Program-made: the position numbers and the translations under genes
NCBI GenBank assembly: GCA_041650805.1
Contig: JBAZKM010000004.1
Coordinates: forward strand, 41,636-105,635
Direction of reading: 5' to 3'
Length of the DNA: 64,000 bases
Source: Candidatus Omnitrophota bacterium
GTDB taxonomy: Bacteria; Omnitrophota; Gorgyraeia; 2-01-FULL-45-10
Shown: piece by piece, positions 28,843 through 37,511 of the stretch
How positions within the stretch are numbered: position 1 is the first letter of the stretch
Layout of the letters: each line of letters starts with the position of its first letter
Notes under the pieces: generated by a model
Database searches by the model: none
Told to the model about the DNA's origin: nothing
The model's input: the letters and a program-made list of their open reading frames with translations, nothing else

Positions 28843-29687
28843 CAGATTATCTCCTTTGCGTTAAATACCGGCCCGTCCTTACAGACCATCTTGTATTCGT
28901 ATTGGGTATTGGGTATAGGGTATCGGGTATCGGGTTTGGTAAATTGCGATCTGACTTTTACCGGACAGCCGAGGCAGACTCCCACGCCGCAGGCCATCTT
29001 CTCTTCGAGCGAGACCTGGCAATCGGCGTTATGCGCCGCGGCGATCTTAGCTACCGCTTTCAACATTGCGTTAGGACCGCAAGCGTATACGGTCCATGGT
29101 CCATGGTCGACGGTCGACAGTAAAGACCCTAAGATTTCAGTGATGAATCCTTTGCACCCTTCGCTCCCGTCTTCCGTTGAAACTAATGTTTCTATGCCAA
29201 GTTCTTTAAACTCTTTTTTGCAAATTAACTGTTTTTTTGTTTTTGCGCCTATTAAGGCGTATATTTTTTTACCGTGGGCCGTGGACTGTGGACTGTGGAC
29301 TAATTTTTCTGCCAGCGCAACGAGCGGCGCGACCCCCATGCCGCCGGCGACGAGTACAACTGTGGACCGTGGACTGTGGACTGTGGACTTAATGTCGAAC
29401 CCTTTCCCCAGCGGCCCGATCACGTCGAGAAGCTCTCCCGGTTTACGCCTAGCCAATATCTCCGTGCCCTTGCCCACGACCTCATATAATATCTCGATCC
29501 CGCCCCTTATTATCCTGTGTACGCTGAAAGGCCTGCGAAGCAGCGGATCGACAGCGTCGGAAGGGCGCACCTCTATAAATTGGCCCGGTGCCGTCGCGCG
29601 CGCAAGATACGGCGCCCCGAGCCGCATCTTGTAGTACCGCGGCCCTGCCTTCCTGTTCTCCAGTATCTTCGCGCTAAGTTGTCTCAT
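28839..29687 (-). CDS. pyrK: dihydroorotate dehydrogenase electron-transfer subunit, carrying in-frame heptamer-repeat insertions
   Basis: FAD/NAD-binding ferredoxin-reductase fold and C-terminal Cys cluster (CGVGVCLGC). Contains the repeat-encoded peptides HSPRSTV, HSPQSTA, VDHGPWTV and PDTRYPIPNTQY. Confidence 0.8.
   Translation of the reverse strand: MRQLSAKILENRKAGPRYYKMRLGAPYLARATAPGQFIEVRPSDAVDPLLRRPFSVHRIIRGGIEILYEVVGKGTEILARRKPGELLDVIGPLGKGFDIKSTVHSPRSTVVLVAGGMGVAPLVALAEKLVHSPQSTAHGKKIYALIGAKTKKQLICKKEFKELGIETLVSTEDGSEGCKGFITEILGSLLSTVDHGPWTVYACGPNAMLKAVAKIAAAHNADCQVSLEEKMACGVGVCLGCPVKVRSQFTKPDTRYPIPNTQYEYKMVCKDGPVFNAKEIIW
28893..28938. repeat. heptamer tandem array (GTATNGG) x5 to x6, in-frame inside pyrK
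   Basis: gtattcg tattggg tattggg tataggg tatcggg tatcggg. On the pyrK strand this encodes KPDTRYPIPNTQYEYK. Confidence 0.7.
29274..29389. repeat. two heptamer arrays (GTGGACT/GTGGACC) inside pyrK (29274-29301 and 29360-29389), plus a related (GGTCCAT) array at 29091-29118
   Basis: Direct reading gives gtgggcc gtggact gtggact gtggact. Each array is a multiple of 21 nt in-frame, encoding 7-aa units (V)HSP(R/Q)ST(V/A). Confidence 0.7.
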
Positions 29688-29690
29688 ATT

Positions 29691-30923
29691 TCAGAAAAAG
29701 CTCAGCTGCTTCTCGGGGTCTTCCTCGCCCTTCCTGAAGACACCCACCTTCCCGTATTCCCCGTCGTAACCGGGCATTATCTCCACTTCCCCTTTGCGCG
29801 TGTTCATGATCCCTTTCGCTATCTTCGCGGGGCATCTCTCTTTCAACTCTTCTTCGGGGGCATCGAGCAGTATCGCGAACTCGTTCCCGAAATTCTTTAT
29901 CATCTGGAAATACTCCTTCTCCACGGTCATCGAATCGGGGCTGAAGCCGAGCGCGTCGCCGATGATCTCGGCGAGCGGCACCATGCTCTTGAAAGGCGGG
30001 CTCGACTCCGACACGAAGCCCTCCGGCCTGTCGGCAAGGCCCTCGAGCCGGTGGAGGACGCCTATCGTTACCGGCTTGCCGCATACGGGACACTTATTAT
30101 TCACCCTCATCGCCTCTTTCGGCTCCAGGCGTGTCTTGCATACCCTGTGGCCGTCCCAGTGGTATTTACCCTCCTCCGGGAAGAACTCTATGGTGTAGAG
30201 AAATCTCGACCTGTCTTTCTTCTTCAATATATCTATGAGCTCCTTATACCCGAACCTCGTCTTAAAGACATTTGCCTCTCTCCCTATTTTGGAAGGCGAA
30301 TGGGAATCGGAATTCGAGGTGAGGCAGAACCTGTCAAGCTTTGACCATCTCCAGTTCATGGCCGGGTCGCTGGAGAGGCCCGTCTCTATCGAAAATACCT
30401 TGGGCGTCTCCGCCTCGAAGCACTCCTCGGGGGAGTCAAACCCGGAATTCGAGCCGAATATGCTGAAGTGCGGCGTCCACGCGTGGCTCGGCACGACGAA
30501 TATATCGGGATCTATGGCAGTGAGGAGGCGCACCATCCTGTCGCACTCCAGTGCCAGTATGGGCCGCCCGTCGCTCGCGAGGTCGCCGTATTCGCCTACG
30601 GCCCTGTTTATCTCTTCGACGGCATTGAAGCTGGGCGCGAATATTATATTATGGACCTTCCGGGTCCTGCCCGCCTTGAAGTATATATTGGACACCTCGG
30701 CCGTAAGGATGAAATATACGCCGTCATGAAGATAGATGCCGTACTCGGTCTCCTGGAGCTTGTTCTTCAGCTCCGAAAGCCACATGGGGTGGGTGAAGTC
30801 GCCGGTGCCGAGCATCGACATCCCTTTTATCTTAGCCCACCTGGCAAGCGATGCCAGCTCCATCTCCCTGGATGTGGCGCGCGAGTATTTCGAGTGTATG
30901 TGGAAGTCGGCTATGAACGGCAT
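29691..30923 (-). CDS. endonuclease Q-like PHP-domain protein (TIGR00375 family)
   Basis: ADFHIHSKYSRATS and LGTGDFTHPMW PHP motifs, HAWTPH, SNSDSHSPSKIGREANVF, GKYHWDGHRVC, and CPVCGKP zinc finger. All are co-linear with archaeal EndoQ blocks. Confidence 0.65.
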   Translation of the reverse strand: MPFIADFHIHSKYSRATSREMELASLARWAKIKGMSMLGTGDFTHPMWLSELKNKLQETEYGIYLHDGVYFILTAEVSNIYFKAGRTRKVHNIIFAPSFNAVEEINRAVGEYGDLASDGRPILALECDRMVRLLTAIDPDIFVVPSHAWTPHFSIFGSNSGFDSPEECFEAETPKVFSIETGLSSDPAMNWRWSKLDRFCLTSNSDSHSPSKIGREANVFKTRFGYKELIDILKKKDRSRFLYTIEFFPEEGKYHWDGHRVCKTRLEPKEAMRVNNKCPVCGKPVTIGVLHRLEGLADRPEGFVSESSPPFKSMVPLAEIIGDALGFSPDSMTVEKEYFQMIKNFGNEFAILLDAPEEELKERCPAKIAKGIMNTRKGEVEIMPGYDGEYGKVGVFRKGEEDPEKQLSFF

Positions 30924-30930
30924 CGTCGTC

Positions 30931-32214
30931 TCATATCTTCCCGTCTTTCACGGCAGGCCGGCCGCCGGCAAAGACGTGCGTGACCTGTGACCTCAATCTC
31001 CAGCCGATGAAAGGAGAATTTTTCGATCTTGATTCTATCGAATCTCTGGCATAGACGTATTCCCCGGCGGGGTCGATCACTACCACATCTGCCGGGCTTC
31101 CCTTTTCCAGCGTCCCTGCCGTAAGGCCGAGAAGCTTCGCCGGGTTGAGCGACATCTTCTCGATAAGCCCCGGCCACGAGATGATGCCTTTATCCACAAG
31201 CTCCATCACAGAAATGCTGAGAGCGGTCTCAAGGCCGATTATGCCGAACGGCGCGAAGTCGAACTCGACGTCCTTCTCGCTATCCGTGTGAGGGGCATGG
31301 TCCGTCGCGATCACGTCGATCGTGCCGTCGCCCAGGCCTCTCTTCACCGCCTCGACATCGTCTCCGGTCCTTAAGGGAGGGTTCATCTTCGTATTGGTAT
31401 CATACGTGACGCAGCACCCGTCTGTCAGCGCAAAATAATGCGGGGCCGTCTCTGCGCTCACCTTCAGGCCCTCCTTCTTCGCCTTCCTTATAAGCTCTAC
31501 GGACTCCTTACAGCTGACGTGGGCTATATGCAGTGGGGACGATGCCCTGCCGGCCAGTTCGAGGTCCCTCTTCACCCTCTCGTATTCGGCCCTGCGCGGT
31601 ATCCCCTTAAGCCCCATCTTCGTAGATATGAAACCTTCGTTCACGACACCTTTGCCCGATATCTTCCTGTCTTCGCAGTGCACTATCACAAGGACCGAGT
31701 TCTTGCCGGCGTCCTTTAGCGCTTCCAGCATGAGGGCCCCGTCATCGACGGACGAGCCGTCGTCCGATATCGCAACTATCCCTTCTTTCTTCATGCCGCC
31801 TATATCGGCTAATTCCTTCCCCGCCCTCTTTAAGGTTATCGCGCCGACCATAACGACCCTTGCCATGGCGTCTCTCTTTATGGCAGCCGAGAGCTCCTTC
31901 ACCGCTTCAGGGCTGTCTATGGCCGGGTCGGTATTGGGCATGCATGCGACGGCCGTAAAACCGCCGCGCAGGGCTGCGCGGGTCCCCGTCAGGATCGTCT
32001 CCTCGTCCTCCCTGCCGGGCTCCCTCAGGTGTACGTGCATGTCGACAAACCCGGGTGCTACTATCCTGCCGGAGGCGTCTATGACCTCGCCCCCGTTTAT
32101 TTTCAAACCCTTCCCGACGGCTTCGATCTTTCCGCCGGAGATGACTATATCAGAAACGGCGTCTATCTTATTCTTAGGGTCGATGACCCGGCCGCTCTTT
32201 ATCAGATATTTCAT
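30931..32214 (-). CDS. pyrC: dihydroorotase
   Basis: APGFVDMHVHLREPG metal-binding motif. Start set at [13 protein letters not shown]; the ORF track's upstream 56 codons are Arg-rich and overlap pyrB. Confidence 0.8.
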   Translation of the reverse strand: MKYLIKSGRVIDPKNKIDAVSDIVISGGKIEAVGKGLKINGGEVIDASGRIVAPGFVDMHVHLREPGREDEETILTGTRAALRGGFTAVACMPNTDPAIDSPEAVKELSAAIKRDAMARVVMVGAITLKRAGKELADIGGMKKEGIVAISDDGSSVDDGALMLEALKDAGKNSVLVIVHCEDRKISGKGVVNEGFISTKMGLKGIPRRAEYERVKRDLELAGRASSPLHIAHVSCKESVELIRKAKKEGLKVSAETAPHYFALTDGCCVTYDTNTKMNPPLRTGDDVEAVKRGLGDGTIDVIATDHAPHTDSEKDVEFDFAPFGIIGLETALSISVMELVDKGIISWPGLIEKMSLNPAKLLGLTAGTLEKGSPADVVVIDPAGEYVYARDSIESRSKNSPFIGWRLRSQVTHVFAGGRPAVKDGKI

Positions 32215-33167
32215 GATACCTCTTTTGCCGTAGCGACAAGGTAAAGGACCGCCATCCTCACCGCTATGCCGTTCGTGACCTGTTCCAGTATCACGGAATT
32301 GGCCCCGTCGGCCACCTCGCTCGACATCTCTACCCCGCGGTTTATGGGGCCGGGGTGCATGACGACGATATCCTTCTTGCACTTTTTGAGCCTCTCTACG
32401 GTGAGGCCGTACTGTTTGAAATATTCCAGCTTCGACGGGAAGGCGAGCGCTTCATCCCGCTCGAACTGCATCCTGAGGACGTTGACGGCATCGGCGCATT
32501 TGAGCGCGTCGTCTATATCGTGCGTCACCCGCACCCCCATCTTATCTATGCCGGGCGGTATGAGCATCTCCGGGGCGCATACGGTGACGCGGGCGCCCAG
32601 TTTCGTCAGACCCCATATATTTGACCTGGCGACCCGGGAGTGGGAGATGTCGCCCACTATGCTCACGTTGAGGCCTTCGATCCTGCCCAGTTTCGACTTC
32701 AGGGTGAACATATCGAGAAGCGCCTGGGTAGGATGCTCGTGCCATCCGTCGCCGGCGTTCACCACGCTCGACTTCACCGCGCGCGAGAGGATGTTGGGGG
32801 CGCCGGAACAGTTATGCCTGACCACTATTATATCTATCCTTAGGGCTTCTATATTCCTGCCCGTGTCTATGAGCGTCTCGCCCTTCCTCACGCTCGACGA
32901 TTCCACCTCTATATTTATGACGTCGGCCGAAAGCCGCTTTGCGGCGAGCTCGAAACTTGTGCGCGTCCTAGTCGACGGTTCATAGAAGAGGTTGACGACG
33001 GTCTTGCCGCGTAGCGCCGGCACCTTCTTTATCTGGCGCGTCGTGACCTCCTTGAAGCTCCCGGCGGTATAAAGTATATGCTCTATCTCTTCCCTCGACA
33101 GCTCTTCGAGCCCCAGGAGGTCCTTCCTTGTCCAGACCATCTTTTTTTCCATTATACCTTCTCGCAT
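32211..33167 (-). CDS. pyrB: aspartate carbamoyltransferase catalytic subunit
   Basis: STRTR, HPTQ, HPGP motifs. Confidence 0.85.
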   Translation of the reverse strand: MREGIMEKKMVWTRKDLLGLEELSREEIEHILYTAGSFKEVTTRQIKKVPALRGKTVVNLFYEPSTRTRTSFELAAKRLSADVINIEVESSSVRKGETLIDTGRNIEALRIDIIVVRHNCSGAPNILSRAVKSSVVNAGDGWHEHPTQALLDMFTLKSKLGRIEGLNVSIVGDISHSRVARSNIWGLTKLGARVTVCAPEMLIPPGIDKMGVRVTHDIDDALKCADAVNVLRMQFERDEALAFPSKLEYFKQYGLTVERLKKCKKDIVVMHPGPINRGVEMSSEVADGANSVILEQVTNGIAVRMAVLYLVATAKEVS

Positions 33168-33697
33168 ACGACCGCCTCATCGATCCCGTCCGTCTCCGAC
33201 AACCGGACCTCGACGACTTCTTTGGGCGACGTGGGCACGTTCTTGCCCACATAGTCCGCCCGTATCGGGAGCTCCCGGTGGCCCCTGTCGATCAGGACGG
33301 CGAGCTGTATCTGCCCGGGCCTCCCGAAATCTATGAGGGCATCGAGCGCGCACCGGACCGTCCTGCCCGTATAGAGGACGTCGTCCACCAGTATCAGCCG
33401 CTTCCCTTCGATGTCGAACGGTATCTCCGTGGCATGCACGACCGGCTGCTCCGAGGCCTGGGTGAGGTCATCCCTGTAGAGCGTGATGTCGAGGGCCCCT
33501 ACCGGGGGCCTCTTCCCGGTGATCGCCTTTATGCTATCGGCAAGCCGTACGGCAAGGTGCGCCCCGCGGTTCTTGATCCCCACTATGGCGACATCTTCCA
33601 GCGGCCTGGCCTTCTCCACTATCTCGTGGGCGACCCTTTCAAGCGTCTTCGCCATAGAACCCTTGTCCAGTATCTTCGACTTCTCTTTAAGCGTCAT
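33152..33697 (-). CDS. pyrR: bifunctional pyr operon regulator / uracil phosphoribosyltransferase
   Basis: 181 aa PRTase-fold. [18 protein letters not shown]. Confidence 0.85.
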   Translation of the reverse strand: MTLKEKSKILDKGSMAKTLERVAHEIVEKARPLEDVAIVGIKNRGAHLAVRLADSIKAITGKRPPVGALDITLYRDDLTQASEQPVVHATEIPFDIEGKRLILVDDVLYTGRTVRCALDALIDFGRPGQIQLAVLIDRGHRELPIRADYVGKNVPTSPKEVVEVRLSETDGIDEAVVCEKV

Positions 33698-33699
33698 CT

Positions 33700-33810
33700 A
33701 TCCACCCCATAGGCATAAAAAAACCCGCCTCTCTCTTCGACAGGTGGGTCATATATTTCCATCTTTTTGCTCCTTTCCCGGCCTCTCAGGACCGGATTTA
33801 AAAGGGCCTA
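33700..33810 (-). promoter_or_regulatory. putative PyrR-binding attenuator in the pyrR leader
   Basis: Minus-strand RNA contains AUCCGG-UCCUGAGAGGCC-GGGA, matching the PyrR binding-loop consensus (RUCCNGNGAGGYU). It is followed by a CCCACCU...AGGCGGG hairpin plus U7, about 20 nt before the pyrR ATG. Confidence 0.4.
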
Positions 33811-33895
33811 TTTCGCCTGAAAACAATATTATGCTACCATAACATACGGGCATTGTCAACTACTTTTTCCCTGCGCGCGGGCTCATGAAGGCATG

Positions 33896-34558
33896 TCAGA
33901 TGATGACCACGAACTCTCCCTTTGGCTCTTTTGACCCAAAGTGTTCTATTGCGGCGCTCACTTTACCCCTGATAAGTTCTTCGAATTTCTTGGTCAACTC
34001 CCTGGCCAGCACTATCTCGACATCGCCGTAGACCTCGAGTATATCGGCCAGGAGCCTGGCGATCCTGTGCGGCGACTCGTAGAGGATGACGGTCCTCCCT
34101 TCGCTCTGTAATCTGGCCAGCTGGTTCTTCCTCTTTATGGGTTTATTTGACAGGAACCCTTCGAACGTGAACGCGTTGGTCGGTTTACCCGATATCGTAA
34201 GGGCCGCCACAAGGCCTGAAGGGCCGGGTATGGGCACGACCGGGATATTCTCCCCTATAGCCAGTCGTATTATGCTGTAACCGGGGTCCGAAATGCCGGG
34301 CGTGCCGGCATCAGAGACGAGGGCGACGGACTTCCCCTCTTTCAATAACCCTATGATATAGTCGGCCTTCCGCACCTTATTGTATTCGAAGTAGCTCGTG
34401 GTGGGGGTCTTTATCTGGTACCTCTCCAGCAATATCCTGGTGTGGCGGGTGTCTTCGGCGGCTATCATGTAGACCGACTTCAACGTCTCGATCGCCCGGA
34501 GCGTGATATCCCCGAGATTACCGATAGGAGTAGCGACGATGTATAACGTACCGGGCAT
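33896..34558 (-). CDS. rsmI: 16S rRNA (cytidine1402-2'-O)-methyltransferase
   Basis: Tetrapyrrole-methylase fold. LYIVATPIGNLGDIT...AAEDTR. Confidence 0.8.
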   Translation of the reverse strand: MPGTLYIVATPIGNLGDITLRAIETLKSVYMIAAEDTRHTRILLERYQIKTPTTSYFEYNKVRKADYIIGLLKEGKSVALVSDAGTPGISDPGYSIIRLAIGENIPVVPIPGPSGLVAALTISGKPTNAFTFEGFLSNKPIKRKNQLARLQSEGRTVILYESPHRIARLLADILEVYGDVEIVLARELTKKFEELIRGKVSAAIEHFGSKEPKGEFVVII

Positions 34559-34561
34559 AGT

Positions 34562-34633
34562 TAGTTAGGGGTTTGGGGTTAGGAGCTTGGAGTGTTGGGA
34601 ATTCTTCTCCCAACCCCATACTCCTAACTCCCG
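34562..34633. repeat. heptamer-based palindromic (REP-like) intergenic element
   Basis: gttaggg gtttggg gttagga gcttgga ...tgggaattcttctccca... then the inverted arm tcccaac cccatac tcctaac tcccgac. Lies between rsmI and glmS. Confidence 0.5.
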
Positions 34634-34637
34634 ACTA

Positions 34638-36497
34638 TCATTCAACCGTCACCGATTTCGCCAGGTTCCGGGGCTGGTCGATATCGTATCCGAACTCTTT
34701 GGCGACGTAATACGCCAGAAGCTGCAAAGGTATGACCACGAGAAGCGGGGAGAAGAGCTCATCTATCCTGGGGACCTCTATCAGGTAATTTATCTTGTGA
34801 TGGAGTATCTCTTTGTCCCCCTCCGTAGCTATGGCTATGACTATCCCGCCGCGCGCCTTTATCTCCTGTATGTTGGAGAGCATCTTATCATAGGTCTTCG
34901 ACCGGACCGCGATACAGACGACCCATGGGTTTTCATCTATGAGCGCTATCGGGCCGTGCTTCATCTCTCCGGCGGGGTAACCCTCGGCGCTTATATAGGA
35001 TATCTCTTTCAGTTTCAGCGCCCCTTCGAGCGCGTTTGGATAGTTTATGTTCCTCGCCAGGTACAGGAAACATGACTTATTCTGTTTCTCTATATAATAC
35101 CGCTTGAATTCTTCCGCATAAGCCGCGATCGTATGATAATCCGACTTATACTCGAGGAGTATCTCTTCCATGAGACCGGGCGCTTTCCTGAACTCCCTGA
35201 GCAGGGACTTGTGCCTTGAAGGGGGGATCGTCTTCCGCAGCCGTGCCAGATAGAGAGTGACGAGATACAGGATGGCCAGCTGCGCCGTATACGCCTTTGT
35301 GGATGCGACCGCTATCTCCGGCCCGGCGTGCGTGTATATGACCCCGTCCGATTCGCGCGCGATCGAGCTCCCCACCACATTGCATATAGCAAGAGTCTTC
35401 GCGCCTCTTTCCCTGGCCCTCCTCTGGGCCGCAAGGGTATCGGCCGTCTCGCCCGACTGCGATATTATGATGACGAGCGTATCCTTGTCGACCACAGGAT
35501 ATTTGTACCGGAATTCGCTCGAGGTATCGACCATGCACGGTATCCCCAGGCACTCTTCGAGCATATATTTGCCCGTCAGGCCGGCATGATAGGCGGTGCC
35601 GCAGGCGACTATGGCGATGCTCTTCAGGCGCTTCAGGTCCCATTCTTTTATTTTGAGCTCGTCAAATGAGACCTCATCTTTTTTAACGCGTTCCCCTATG
35701 ATCTTTTCGAGAATATCGCCCTGTTCGAATATCTCCTTCAGCATGAAATGGCGGTAACCCGCCTTCTCCGCCTGGCTGATGTCCCATGTGACCTTTGAGG
35801 GCTTTTTATAAACAACGTTGCCTGCCGAGTCCTTTACGATGACCTTTTCCTTCGTAGCGATAGCTATCTGATGATTTTCCAGATATATGACATCTTTCGT
35901 ATAATCGAGAAGGGCCGTCGGGTCGCTTGCGAGGAAATTCTCGTTTTGGCCTACGCCTACGATAAGGGGGGAGTCGCGGCGGGCCCCTACCAGCCTCCCG
36001 GGCTCGCCCTTGTGGATGACGGCGACGGCGTACGAACCGGTGAGTATCTTCACGACCTTCCTCACCGTTTCTTCAAGGTCCCCTTTATAGAACTTTTCGA
36101 TGAGGTGCGATATGACCTCGGTGTCGGTATCCGAGGTGAATTTATGCCCTTCTCTCAGGAGCGACTTCTTGAGCTCCATGTAATTTTCTATGATGCCGTT
36201 GTGGACGACCGCGATATTTCCTTTGCAGTCGAGATGGGGGTGGGCATTCGTCTCATTAGGTATACCGTGCGTCGCCCAGCGGGTGTGGCCGATCCCGAAA
36301 GTCCCGCCTATGGGCCGGGCGGTGAGGTCCTCTGCCAGGACCCTCAATTTCCCCTGCTTTTTATTGACGTAGATATCGCCGTCCTTAAAGATGGCGACGC
36401 CGGCCGAGTCGTACCCCCTGTATTCAAGGCGGGACAACCCTTTCATCAACACGTCCTGGGCCTTTCTCTCTCCTACGTACCCCACTATCCCGCACAT
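34638..36497 (-). CDS. glmS: glutamine--fructose-6-phosphate aminotransferase
   Basis: MCGIVGYVG N-terminal nucleophile; two SIS domains. 619 aa. Confidence 0.9.
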   Translation of the reverse strand: MCGIVGYVGERKAQDVLMKGLSRLEYRGYDSAGVAIFKDGDIYVNKKQGKLRVLAEDLTARPIGGTFGIGHTRWATHGIPNETNAHPHLDCKGNIAVVHNGIIENYMELKKSLLREGHKFTSDTDTEVISHLIEKFYKGDLEETVRKVVKILTGSYAVAVIHKGEPGRLVGARRDSPLIVGVGQNENFLASDPTALLDYTKDVIYLENHQIAIATKEKVIVKDSAGNVVYKKPSKVTWDISQAEKAGYRHFMLKEIFEQGDILEKIIGERVKKDEVSFDELKIKEWDLKRLKSIAIVACGTAYHAGLTGKYMLEECLGIPCMVDTSSEFRYKYPVVDKDTLVIIISQSGETADTLAAQRRARERGAKTLAICNVVGSSIARESDGVIYTHAGPEIAVASTKAYTAQLAILYLVTLYLARLRKTIPPSRHKSLLREFRKAPGLMEEILLEYKSDYHTIAAYAEEFKRYYIEKQNKSCFLYLARNINYPNALEGALKLKEISYISAEGYPAGEMKHGPIALIDENPWVVCIAVRSKTYDKMLSNIQEIKARGGIVIAIATEGDKEILHHKINYLIEVPRIDELFSPLLVVIPLQLLAYYVAKEFGYDIDQPRNLAKSVTVE

Positions 36498-36527
36498 GAT
36501 CTCGCGCCTCCTCCTGCCTGTATATGC

Positions 36528-37511
36528 CTATGCGGCCCTGGCGGCCGCCTTCTTATTGATCTGAGTGCGCCAGTAATTCAGGATATCCTCTAGCGTCTTT
36601 TCGAACGGTATCTCCGGGCGCCACCCGGTCCTCTTCACGAACTTGGTGTTGTCACCCACGAGGATAGGGACGTCGCTCGGACGCATCCTGTCGGGGTCTC
36701 TCTTTACGGAGAAGCCCTTTTTGGAAAACCTCTTCAGTATACCCAGCACCTGCTGTATGGTATACCCCCTGCCTGAGCATATGTTATATACTTCGCCCGG
36801 CTCCCCCTTTTCAAGAGCAAGCCAGTACCCGCGCACTATATCGCGGACATCGCTGAAATCCCTTACGGCCGAAAGGTTCCCGACGCTGATCTCCGGCCTT
36901 TGCAGGCCCGCCTCTATCTTCGCTATCTGATACGCAAAATTGGAGGAGACGAAGACCTCTCCGCGCCTGGGCCCGGTATGGTTAAAGGCGCGTGTCCGCA
37001 CTATCTTCAGGCCGTAACTCTTATGGTACTGGTACCCGAGAAGGTCCTGGCCGACCTTGGAGACGGCATACGGGGAAAGCGGGTGGAGAAGCGTCTTTTC
37101 GTTTATGGGTATCTCTTCTTTCCTGACCTCACCGTACTCTTCGCTCGACCCGGCTATCTGGATGAGCGGGTCTATCTTCAGTTGCCGCACCGCCTCAAAT
37201 ATATTAAGCTCCCCTATTATATTGGTGTCTATCGTCTCGCTCGGCGCGTTCCAGGAAGTCGGGACGAAGCTCTGGGCCGCCAGGTGGAATATCATATTTG
37301 GTCTTATCTCGCCTATGATCTCGCGCACGCTGGAAAAATCTTTGACATCGCATTCTTTGATGGTGACCCTGTCCTTGAGGAACTCGATATTGTCCATCTT
37401 TGAACGCCACCTCTTTATGCCGAATATCTGCACGTCCTTCCTGCCGAGCAGGAACTCGGCCAGGTGGCTCCCGGCAAATCCCGTGATACCGGTTATGAGA
37501 CAGCGTGTCAT
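36528..37511 (-). CDS. GDP-mannose 4,6-dehydratase / GDP-4-keto-6-deoxymannose reductase family SDR (Gmd/Rmd-like)
   Basis: ITGITGFAGSHLAEFLL Rossmann motif, YAVSK catalytic YxxxK, NHTGPRRGEVFV block. Confidence 0.55.
   Translation of the reverse strand: MTRCLITGITGFAGSHLAEFLLGRKDVQIFGIKRWRSKMDNIEFLKDRVTIKECDVKDFSSVREIIGEIRPNMIFHLAAQSFVPTSWNAPSETIDTNIIGELNIFEAVRQLKIDPLIQIAGSSEEYGEVRKEEIPINEKTLLHPLSPYAVSKVGQDLLGYQYHKSYGLKIVRTRAFNHTGPRRGEVFVSSNFAYQIAKIEAGLQRPEISVGNLSAVRDFSDVRDIVRGYWLALEKGEPGEVYNICSGRGYTIQQVLGILKRFSKKGFSVKRDPDRMRPSDVPILVGDNTKFVKRTGWRPEIPFEKTLEDILNYWRTQINKKAAARAA

Noticed and set aside
28891-29634. Heptamer arrays as possible CRISPR repeats
   Set aside because: The units are 7 nt and directly tandem with no spacers. 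They are microsatellite/REP-like, not CRISPR.
32214-32382. N-terminal 56-codon extension of the pyrC ORF ([19 protein letters not shown]...)
   Set aside because: It is Arg-rich with low complexity and overlaps the pyrB 3' end. The conserved dihydroorotase N-terminus begins at MKYLIKSG.
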